A stretch of DNA of 22,381 bases from Octopus sinensis (Eukaryota): assembly GCF_006345805.1 (NCBI RefSeq), contig NW_021836970.1, positions 1 through 22,381 on the forward strand. Direction: 5' to 3'. Shown here one piece after another: positions 1 through 9,289 of the stretch. The notes under the pieces were generated by a model, which was not told the origin of the DNA, did no database searches, and saw only the letters and a program-made list of their open reading frames with translations. A program made the translations under genes and the position numbers. Numbering within the stretch: position 1 is the stretch's first letter; each line of letters begins with the position of its first letter.

Positions 1-160
1 TTATTTAGCCAGTCGCAACGTTCTGAGTTCAAATTCCGCTGAGGTCGACTTTGCCTTTCATCTTTTTGGGGTCGATAAATTAAGTACTAGTGAAACACTG
101 GGGTCAATGTAATCGACTAGTCCCCTCCCCAAAATCTGAGGTCCTCTGCCTCCAGTTGAT
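1..160 (+). mobile_element. tRNA-derived SINE, family A (5' end outside window)
   Basis: B-box-like GTTCAAATTCC at 27-37, followed by the body GAGGTCGACTTTGCCTTTCATC...GGGGTCGATAAATTAAGTAC...CACTGGGGTC also seen at 4250-4440, 16609-16726, 17915-18005, 19163-19383 and 19500-19675; ends in a short (GAT)n tail. Confidence 0.85.
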
Positions 161-679
161 GATGATGTTTTTGTTTTCGTTATTTTTGTTGAAAGGAAAT
201 ATAAGTCTAGAACACGCTAATTCGAAAAGAAGAGGTCTTTAGTGCAGGAAGTTATGCAGAAGATGGCGATGACGTCGACGACGATAATGACGATGACGAT
301 GATATTGTGATGACAGCGGGCGGAGGGGGGGGGGCGAAATTGTGAGAAAAGGAGACGAATGTCAGAGATATGAATAGTTTACAATATCCACAAGAACGAC
401 AACAAAGACAACAACAACAACAGTGTCACTGAGATGAGACCTCTATCAAGAAGCGACGGCTGAACCTGGGGTCAGAAGAAAACAATGGAACATTCCACAG
501 CAGAAGATCAGTAAGGTCCGTCTGTAAAACAGTGACGTAGAATCTATGATTTAGTGAGGGTCATATGACATGTCATACAGTACAGATGTTGAATGGGGGC
601 GGCGGTGGTAGTGGCTGTATTGATGGTGGTGAGTGGGTGAGAGATAGATTGTTATATAACCCGGGTTGTGTAAGGGTAG

Positions 680-903
680 TGTTGTGTGCATATATATATG
701 TGTCTGTGTGTGTGCATGTGTATGTGTGTAAGTCTGTGTGCATATGTGTGTGTGTGTGTGTGTACGTATACACATAGATAGTGTATACACACACAGAAAC
801 ACATTCATACCGCAGTTACTCATGCACATAAGAACCTAAAAAATCTATATTCATATCCCGTCGTTATTCTACGCACGTATACATACATACATACATACAT
901 ACC

Positions 904-935
<32 letters not shown>
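680..935. repeat. (TG)n/(CA)n and (TACA)n microsatellites
   Basis: Directly visible (TG)n around 700-765 and (TACA)n at about 879-932. Confidence 0.9.
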
Positions 936-1069
936 AGTGTGTTACTGTCTGGAAGATTCTTACGGTAGTAGAAAAGGAATTTTAAACTCCTATTTATAAA
1001 TTCCGTATGTGGTAAAGCAATTAGCTGAGCCCTAATTATAATTATGTTTATAAATATAGAATATTTGTG

Positions 1070-1104
1070 TGTATAATATATATATATATATATAAGATAT
1101 ATAT

Positions 1105-1139
<35 letters not shown>

Positions 1140-1142
1140 AGA
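1070..1142. repeat. (TA)n followed by (GA)n microsatellite
   Basis: Directly visible. Confidence 0.9.
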
Positions 1143-1264
1143 CAGAACCTCCATCAAAGTAATTCAATTAATAGTGAAAGATATTGTCTATAATAAAATA
1201 TTAATTTAAATATATTAATATTGTACTAAAAATTACTATACTAAATAATACACATTAAGTCGAC

Positions 1265-1455
1265 TATATATATAAAGGGAAAGTTTACGAAAATAAACAA
1301 AAGACGAAGGCAGGTGGAGTACAAACAAACAAATGTATTAGTATAGCGCTCAGGAATAGAAATAGAAAAAGTCTTTTACGTTTCGAGCCTACGCTCTTCG
1401 ACAGAAAGATATACAGAAAAAAACAAGGAGAGAAAAAAATGCGTGTAGGAGCTAA
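1265..1455 (-). mobile_element. Hammerhead-bearing ~190-bp repeat unit (PLE pseudo-LTR-like, no ORF)
   Basis: Reverse complement of 12043-12244 apart from 2 substitutions, one 1-nt indel and one 12-bp duplication; contains a hammerhead motif. Confidence 0.8.
1372..1409 (-). ncRNA. Minimal type-I hammerhead ribozyme motif, A6U core variant
   Basis: Minus strand reads TCTTT-CTGTCGA-A-GAGC-GTAG-GCTC-GAA-ACGT-A-AAAGA: perfect 5-bp stem I, 4-bp stem II, palindromic ACGT stem III, GUA cleavage triplet; core is CUGUCGA instead of CUGAnGA. Confidence 0.72.
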
Positions 1456-1587
1456 AGAGCTAAGAGAGATCTCGGTGTTTGTAAATATGCGGTTGAGTTG
1501 GATGAGTTGGTCGAAGACCGAAGTGCATGCGTCTATTCATCTAAAGGATCTCAGATGGAAAATCTTTTGTACGTCTTACAAATCTTC

Positions 1588-1873
1588 GGTGCAATGGCCC
1601 AGTGGTCAAGGCAGCGGACTCGCGGTCATAAGATCGCGATTTCGATTCCCAGACCGGGCGTTGTGAGTGTTTATTGAGCGAAAACACCTAAAGCTCCACG
1701 AGGTTCCGGCAGGGGATGGTGGCGATCCCTGCTGAACTCTTTCGCCACAACTTTCTCTCACTCTTCTGTTGGCCTGCTCGCTTAGCCAGTGGGGTGGCGT
1801 CATTCGAAGGCTAAAACAGTGCGAAGCACATTGTGACCAGCAACATGTAGAAACATCTGATAGCCTTGTCGGT
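1588..1873 (+). mobile_element. tRNA-derived SINE, family D
   Basis: A-box TGGCCCAGTGG (1595-1605) and degenerate B-box ATTTCGATTCC (1639-1649) at tRNA spacing, then ~220 bp of GC-richer non-tRNA body; no complete cloverleaf. Confidence 0.7.
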
Positions 1874-2169
1874 AAAGTGATATATATAATATGTAACCAT
1901 ACGCAGGTGGTGTAAGGAACATATTTTCATTCAATTGAAATTTTAAATTTTAAATGTAAAGAAATGACAGTGTTGATAAAAATTCAACTCTAAGGAATCG
2001 GAAAAGCGAGAGAACTTCTAAAATTTCAGTCACCCAAAACAGATTATGTACGGGCATTCTTTGTTCTTCTATATACTTGTGGAGGTGATGTTATTAAGGA
2101 GTACAACGTGGTGAATATTCTGATTACTGTGACTTCTTTGCCGCTTTGCCCCAGCTAATTTAGAGGCAA

Positions 2170-2345
2170 GTAATCATTGTCAGCACCCTCATCATCATCG
2201 CCGACGTCGTCATCGTCATCGTCATCAACATCATCATCATCATCAACATCACTATTGTTACCATCATCGTCTCCATCACGAACATGTTCTGCATCGCCGC
2301 CAACGAGACTGCCGTCAATCCTACGGCGGTGACCATTACCACTAC
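2170..2345. repeat. Degenerate (CAT)/(CGT)/(CAC) trinucleotide tract
   Basis: Directly visible. Confidence 0.8.
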
Positions 2346-2549
2346 CGCCAACTTATACAAGGAGCAGAAACACATAGATACAAACAGACACATGCGCTTA
2401 TACACTCACATATACATATACACGCATATACATACATGCATTAGTTACCCAACTTAGACGGTTCTGTCGAAAAATTCTCTTCTGGAGTTTCAATTAATTT
2501 CGGTAATGGCCTTCCTCGTCCCCATATACTGTCTTTCTTTCTATCTGTC

Positions 2550-2872
2550 TTCGTGTAATATAATATAATATATATATAATATATATATATATATATTATA
2601 TAATATATATTATATATTACATATATACATATACATATATATATGTACATACATATATATACATATATACAAGCATACACATATATTCATGTATACACAT
2701 AAATGTATGTATGCATGTGCCATGTATATATATATATATATTAATATATATTATATATATACATGTACATATATATATATTTCTTCCTTTTCTTGTGTCT
2801 TCTCCCCCAGAGCTCTTTTCTCTTTCGTACACTATTATGTACACAAACATATACACACAGAGTGACAGATAC

Positions 2873-2938
<66 letters not shown>

Positions 2939-3228
2939 TGGTAGGTATGTTGATAGATTAATAGAGGTACATACACACACAGAGATATATAAAATACATG
3001 CATTCATACAGATATTTTTATATATGTATGTGTGTATATATATATATATATGTACGTATATATACATATATGTATGCATATATATACACACACACACAAT
3101 ATAAAAAATTATATATATGTATATATATATATACAAATATCATGCGTGTATGTATACCAAATTACACCCTAATGACATTAAGTCAAAACAACAGATCACG
3201 TTACTTAATATATATCATTGTCTAGATG

Positions 3229-3275
<47 letters not shown>

Positions 3276-3276
3276 A

Positions 3277-3314
<38 letters not shown>

Positions 3315-3483
3315 TCTTTCTCTCTCTCTATCTCTCTCTCTCTTCCCTGACCCTTTCTCTTTCCTTATCTCTCTTTCACTCTTGTTTTCTTTTTCCTTTC
3401 TCACTCTCATTCACTCCGCTCACCTCTGACATAATCTTCTTTACAATAAACCATATCTATCACTGTCTATTTCTCCATATGTA

Positions 3484-3552
<69 letters not shown>

Positions 3553-3610
3553 TATATATGATATATAATATATATATATACACACAATACATACGTGCAT
3601 GTGTGTGTGT
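2550..3610. repeat. Microsatellite cluster: (TA)n, (GATA)n ~2867-2937, (CT)n/(TA)n ~3229-3580
   Basis: Directly visible; accounts for the poly-YI/LS ORFs in the track. Confidence 0.92.
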
Positions 3611-3643
3611 GAATTTGTATGTGAGTGTGCGTCTTTGTGATCC

Positions 3644-3797
3644 TGTTTGTCCCCCACCATCGCTGATAACCGATGCTGGTGTGTTTATGTTCCGTAAATT
3701 AGTGGTTCGGCCAAAGGGAACGACAGAATAAATACCAGATTTAAAAAAAAAAGAAGTCTTGGAGGTTCGCTTCATTCGAGTAAACTTTTCAAGACGG
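3644..3797 (+). mobile_element. SINE family B, diverged 3' half
   Basis: TGTTTGTCCCCC...AACCGATGCTGGTGTGTTTA...TTAGTGGTTCGGC aligns with 3925-4120 and 21100-21297. Confidence 0.75.
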
Positions 3798-3827
3798 AAC
3801 TGAAAGAAGCCTGTCGTATATATGTAT

Positions 3828-3888
<61 letters not shown>

Positions 3889-4120
3889 ATATATATGTAT
3901 GGTTTGTATATGTTTGTGTGTCTGTGTTTGTCCCCCTTACATTGCTTGACAACCGATGCTGGTGTGTTTACGTCCCCGTCACTTAGCAGTTCGGCAGAAA
4001 GAGACCAATAGAATAAGTACTGGGCTTACAAAGAATAAGTCCCAGGGTCGATTTGCTTCGACTAAAGGCGGTGCTCCAGCATGGCCGCAGTCAAATGACT
4101 GAAACAAGTAAAAGAGTAAA
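3792..4120 (+). mobile_element. SINE family B, 5'-truncated copy with internal (TA)n
   Basis: AGACGGAACTGAAAGAAGC (cf. AGACGGAAACTG at the end of the 4539-4720 head), then internal (TA)n, then a 3' half ending CAGTCAAATGACTGAAACAAGTAAAAGAGTA that is shared with 21100-21297. Confidence 0.85.
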
Positions 4121-4249
4121 TACTGGAACTTTGAGATTAAGAAGAACATAGTGAAAAGTGTAAACGAACGTTCAATATCGCTGTAACGTCATGAAAGCTA
4201 ACCAGATTGCATAGGAAGCCTTCCTCCTCAACAAGGATATTGACTTCAA

Positions 4250-4440
4250 AGTAAGTTCGGGGGAGGGGGTAAGTCGATTACATCGACAATAGTGTTCGAC
4301 TAGTACTTATTCTATCGATCCCCAAAAGAATGAAAAGTAAAGTCGACCTCAGCGGAATTTGAACTCAGAATGTGACGACGGACGAAATGCCGCTAAGCAT
4401 TTTATCCGGCGTTCTCACTATTCTGCTAGCTTGACGCCTT
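4250..4440 (-). mobile_element. tRNA-derived SINE, family A, near full length
   Basis: B-box on the minus strand (GGAATTTGAAC at 4354-4364 on +), family A body, 5' end AAGGCGTCAAGCTAGCAGAATAG; flanked by an imperfect 20-bp direct repeat. Confidence 0.85.
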
Positions 4441-4538
4441 CTCCTCAACAAAAATATTGATTATATTTTTTTCATTAAAAGTAATACGAGCAGAACTCTA
4501 CTAACAAAATCCTTCCAAAATTTAATAAAGATAGGTTC

Positions 4539-4720
4539 AGGCGTGGCTGTGTGGTAAGAAACCTGCTTTCCAACCACATGGTTCCGGGTTCAGTTCCACT
4601 GCATGGCACAATCTGCAAGTGTCTTTTACTATAGCCTCAGGCCGACCAAAGTCTTGTGAGTGGATTTGGTAGACGGAAACTGCATGAGTCCCATCTTGTG
4701 TGTGTGTGTGTGTGTGTGTA
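4539..4720 (+). mobile_element. SINE family B 5' half (tRNA-like head and central domain) ending in (TG)n
   Basis: A-box TGGCTGTGTGG (4545-4555), B-box-like GGTTCAGTTCC (4587-4597), GCAAGTGTCTT motif, then GGTAGACGGAAACTG and (TG)n. Confidence 0.75.
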
Positions 4721-4726
4721 CATATA

Positions 4727-4800
4727 CTAGCAAACGCGCTCGTCCTTTGAACGGTGTAACTTATAATGGTGAACTCCTTTGGACGGTTTAAGTTGAATTA
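4727..4800 (-). mobile_element. Helitron-like 3' terminus (5' extent undetermined)
   Basis: Minus strand: hairpin CGTTC-AAA-GGACG (4741-4753), 10 nt, then CTAG followed by T; the related motif CCTTTGGACGG recurs at ~4776-4786. Confidence 0.5.
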
Positions 4801-4993
4801 GCCCGCAGGTAAAAAACGTTTCAATTTGATAAACGTAAAATGTATAATTACCAATTTCGGTAGTAGTTTATTATATGGTATTAAGCAACCTAGGTAATGA
4901 ATAAAGTTTTATGAACACACATTTGTCAGTTAGCAATAATTGAAAGTCCATGAAATGAGATCGCAATTGCAGTCGGCATTAGGGATCCTATAT

Positions 4994-5121
4994 CTTCATC
5001 ATCATCATTGTTCGACCGTGGTCGAGACAATGGAATTTACTATGCTACGCCAGGCTTCACGGTCCATCATAGCATTACGGAGGTCCTGTTACTGGATGCC
5101 TGTATTCCTGGAGATTACATA
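4994..5121 (-). pseudogene. 3' end of an RTE-like LINE ORF with (GAT)n tail
   Basis: Minus strand translates as GIQ*QDLRNAMMDREAWRSIVNSIVSTTVEQ*, followed directly by a (TGA)n tail; the AMxDRxxWR motif is typical of RTE-group C-termini (from memory). Confidence 0.55.
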
Positions 5122-5518
5122 TCTTTATATATAAAAGAGAGGTTGTGTGTCTGTCTTCTACGATTTAGATTCCTAACTACTCCCACATTTTGCGGTGCAG
5201 TTTAACCAAAACCGGGTATCTTATAGTCGTGATTCATATCGAGCCCTTCTGGGTATTAGCGCGCGTCTACGATGAGTCTACGATTTAAAAAAAAATTTAC
5301 CATAATTTTTTATTCCATTTTAATGCATTTTTTCGCTATTATTTAAGGGAAGTAACTCTCTAAAAATGTCTACGATGAGTCAACGATTTAAAAAAATTTA
5401 CCATAATTTTTTTTCCATTTTTAATGCATTTTTTTGCTATTTTTGGCTAAATCTCTCTAAAAATGCTTATATAGTTATTTCCCTTACAAACCCGAGCAAC
5501 GCCGGGCGATACTACTAG
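5122..5518 (+). mobile_element. Non-autonomous Helitron (rolling-circle), 397 bp
   Basis: 5' TC after A (5121|5122), 3' GC hairpin CCCGAGCAACGCCGGG (5491-5506), CTAG at 5515-5518 followed by T; A|T insertion with no TSD; internal 103-bp tandem duplication. Confidence 0.8.
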
Positions 5519-6001
5519 TCTTACCTAAAGCGTTTTGTCGCATGTAGTTATTTTATTCATAATGCATGACACAATCGCATTGAAGCTTTTTTCAATGAAA
5601 GTCATGTATGATAAACAAAAGCAAATGTTTATAGCAAACACACAAATAGAATAATGGTATGTACAAAAATAAATGTCAGTGCAAACTCAAGTAAGAAGGG
5701 TCATTGAAGGTAATGTACTGTAGACAGCAATCATGGAAATGAAGCAAAAATATCAATGAAATGCTTGTAGGAAGTTTGATTGCTAACGTTTATATAGTAT
5801 TTCAGTATTTTGGGTTTGGAATCTCTTTTTCAGGAAATCTTTTGAGGTTTGAAAATTTCCAGAAGAATGGATCATAGCCCCGAAATATTTACACACAAGA
5901 TAAAATTACCAAAACGCAAACCATCGACTTATTCTATTTCTTATAATATGCATTGTTTGACTTTATCAGGCAATGCTTCATGTAAACTACACTATCATAA
6001 T

Positions 6002-6018
6002 ACACACACACACACACA

Positions 6019-6072
<54 letters not shown>
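6002..6072. repeat. (CA)n microsatellite
   Basis: Directly visible. Confidence 0.95.
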
Positions 6073-6075
<3 letters not shown>

Positions 6076-6120
6076 ATACATATATATGAATATAAAGTTT
6101 CCTACATTGGACAAAGTTGT

Positions 6121-6193
6121 AGGCGTCGCTTTCGTGCAGTGGCTTGGACAGTTATGCGATTTATAGCAGACGTGAGGTTCGAATCCCATAGGC
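6121..6193 (+). mobile_element. tRNA-like SINE head or tRNA pseudogene fragment
   Basis: GTGCAGTGG A-box-like motif and B-box GGTTCGAATCCC (6176-6187); T-stem and acceptor stem do not pair properly. Confidence 0.55.
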
Positions 6194-6314
6194 ATATATA
6201 TATATATTATATATATATATATATATATGAATGTGTGTGTGTAGAAGATGAGAAAAGCACAGCATCGCCTTGGGATTCGAACCTCACGTCTGCTATAAAT
6301 CGCATAACTGTCCA
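6145..6314. repeat. Perfect 44-bp inverted repeat (6145-6188 / 6271-6314)
   Basis: TGGACAGTTATGCGATTTATAGCAGACGTGAGGTTCGAATCCCA and its exact reverse complement. Confidence 0.95.
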
Positions 6315-6388
6315 TATATATATATATGTTTATTATATATGTATATATGTTTATATATATTATATATATATTGTATGTATATATATGT

Positions 6389-6482
<94 letters not shown>

Positions 6483-6726
6483 GCTGCATTTATAATAGTT
6501 TAACTTTGCTGTGAAAATAAACTACAATTTATTTATACAGTAAGGCTAAATGTATATCTTTCTTATTACTTACAAACTTAACCACAAACATTGTCTGAGT
6601 ACTGTAGTTAGCGAACGTGCAAACAAACATACATACCTATATACACCTATACATATAGATATATATACATATATCTGTACACACACATATATACATACGT
6701 ATATATGTATATATATATATATATAT

Positions 6727-6766
<40 letters not shown>

Positions 6767-6780
6767 TGTGTCTGTGTGTG
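6314..6780. repeat. (TA)n ~6314-6480 and (TA)/(TG)n ~6650-6780
   Basis: Directly visible. Confidence 0.9.
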
Positions 6781-6788
6781 TATCCATG

Positions 6789-8040
6789 CAGAGGTTAGAC
6801 TAAATAATGGAAACGCCTTAAAATTTCAAACAAATTTATTTTAATGTGGGGTAGGACCGCCTTTGGCGGTAATTCCAGCTTGAATTCTACGAGTTGTGGA
6901 CTCGTACAAAGTTTTAATTGTTTCCAAAGGAATTTTTGTCCATTCTTCAGCTAAAACAGTCTCCAGTTCTTGTAGTGTTGATGGTGGAGGATATCGACTC
7001 CTTACTTGTTTTTCTAAAATGCGCCATAAATGTTCAATAATATTGAGATCTGGGGACTGTGGTGGCCAGATAAGATGTTCAACTTCACTGGAATGTTCCT
7101 CGTGTCATTCGGTAACAACTTTAGCTGTGTGAATTGGTGTATTACCATCCTGAAAGATTGCGTTTCCCTCTGGAAACAGTTCTGCAACCATGCGATGAAT
7201 TTGATCAGATAAAATGCTTAGACAGTCTTGACTATTAATTCTGCCATGAAGGGAAACCATTGGGCCAGCGGATTTCCAAGATATAGCTGCCCAGATCATC
7301 ACAGATCCTCCTCCATATTTAACAGTTGAAAGAAAGCAGTCTGGGTCGATTGATTCTTTTGTGTGTCTCCACACCTACACTCGGGCGGTGGTCGGAAATA
7401 AGGTAAAGGATCACTCATCCGAGAAAATAACATCCTTCCACTGCTCTAGGGACCAATTCTGTAGGTTTTTACGCTTTGCAACGTTTGTTTTCGAAAGTAG
7501 TGGTTTTCTGATTGCAGCCTTCCTGTGAAATCCGGCTTTGTGCAGCTCCCGGCGAACAGTTTATCTGGAAACTGGGTTCTCGAGGTGGTTATTAAGCTCT
7601 GCAGTAATTTTGGGAGCTGTACTTTCGTGATCTTTTCTAAAAAATTCGTGTAAGAGTCTGACGGTCCCTATTTGAAAGTTTTGGTTTTCTTCCGGAGTTT
7701 TGTTTCGACGAGGTTTTCTTCCCTCTTTCTCAAAGGCTGCAATTACTTTCGAGACACTACTTCTTGATACACCAGACATTTCGGCCCTTTTCGTTACGCT
7801 AGCGCCTGCCGTACGAGCACCAACAATTTGACCTCTTTGAAAGTCCGACAGGTCTGTCATTTTAATGAATTTTAATTACCTTTTTCTGATAATATCTGTA
7901 AAGAAACGGCAATTTTAGCAAAACAAATTAAACAACACTAATAATAAATTAAAAAAACAAAATTAAACAAGCTTTTGACGGTTTTATAGATATTTCAAAA
8001 TTATGATGCTAGGTGTTTCCATTATTCTGCCCAACCCCTG
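6789..8040 (-). mobile_element. Tc1/mariner-superfamily DNA transposon, full length (1252 bp), inactive
   Basis: TIRs 6789-6818 (CAGAGGTTAGACTAAATAATGGAAACGCCT) and 8011-8040 (reverse complement CAGGGGTTGGGCAGAATAATGGAAACACCT), 24/30 identical; TA on the right, TG (decayed TA) on the left; encloses a transposase pseudogene. Confidence 0.93.
6841..7860 (-). pseudogene. Tc1-like transposase pseudogene (paired-like HTH plus DDE domain; apparent DD36E)
   Basis: MTDLSDFQRGQIVGAR... N-terminus; WKDVIFSDE; YGGGSVMIWAAIS; FQDGNTPIH; WPPQSPDLNIIEHLW; KGGPTPH* at 6841-6843, then AATAAA. Has a frameshift near the N-terminus and at least 3 in-frame stops. Confidence 0.93.
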
Positions 8041-8052
8041 TATGTATATATA

Positions 8053-8088
<36 letters not shown>

Positions 8089-8480
8089 TGTATGTATGTA
8101 TGTATGCATATACATATGTGTATATATATACCTGTATATATATATATACACACACACATGCATTTGAAGGAGTGTGAGCATGCGTGCAGATATAATTGCT
8201 TGCATGTGAATATGTTGGTATATGTCTGATCTGTTCTGTATTGCAGGATTCATGAGTGTGTATATGTAAGCTCGTCTACGTGTGTGTATGAGTGTTTGTG
8301 TGGGGCGTGTGGGTGTATTGGTATGTATATGTGAGTATGAGAGTGTTAGTGTGTGTGTGTGTGTGTGTGAGTGCACCTCAAAAGACTAAGTGTCAGAATT
8401 GTCCACAGATAACTCCATGTGACACTCCACCGCCGCCGCCGCCACCACTACCACCACCACCACCACCACCACCACCACCA
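8041..8480. repeat. (TA)/(TATG)n 8041-8160, (TG)n ~8350-8372, (CCG)/(CCA)n ~8425-8480
   Basis: Directly visible. Confidence 0.9.
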
Positions 8481-8629
8481 TTACCTTCCCTTCGCTCTAC
8501 GGCTCCGTTTCAGACGTGAAGGTCATATATTTCGGTGCCTGGCTTGACACGGAGAGATGATGATAGGATATCTGTAAACAATGTGTCACAGGAGAATAAC
8601 TTTTGACAGTTGCAAAGGAAGTGTTCGTC

Positions 8630-8652
8630 GTACACATACACACGCGCACATG

Positions 8653-8691
<39 letters not shown>

Positions 8692-9245
8692 GCACACACA
8701 CAACATACGCATATCACATCACAAACACACTTGCAATGTACACAAACGCATACACTCAATAACAACATATATACACAGGTACATGCAGTCGCACATACAC
8801 TATTCAATATGCTACACACACTCACACACGCACACACACAAACATACAAGCCATAGAAACGTACACACACTCTGGGCATCCATACATACACATATACTCA
8901 ATACCACAACATACACATTTCATTATACAATTTACTATATACATACCAATAAACACACACACTGCACACATCACAAGTACGCACATACAAGTTACACAAA
9001 CACATGCGCACACTATACACATGCACTCAGTAACACAACATATACACATACATACAAACGTACAATATACCGTACACATATACCTACACATAAATATATA
9101 CAATCACACAACATAGGCACACACAACATACATACAATAACACCACATATTTACAAAATACATGCATGTATACACACACACGTACTCTCTACAACATTCT
9201 GTACACACACTCTACACACCACACAATACCTGCATCCATTACATA
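8630..9245. repeat. (CA)n grading into a long degenerate CA/TA-rich low-complexity tract
   Basis: Directly visible; produces the HT-rich 232-aa pseudo-ORF. Confidence 0.85.
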
Positions 9246-9289
9246 CATTTTTGTTAAAACCTATAAAAATAACGATATTAATGTTAGGG

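Noticed and set aside
235-540. Acidic/Gln-rich frame with IKKRRL (NLS-like) and a GTAAG donor-like site
   Set aside because: In-frame stops at 343-345 and 430-432, poor acceptor, and the low-complexity parts are GAC/CAA microsatellites.
1456-1587. Possible GIY-YIG C-terminal coding remnant upstream of the left hammerhead unit (QKIFHLRSF on -)
   Set aside because: Similarity to PLE endonuclease ends is only a few residues and includes stops; not supportable.
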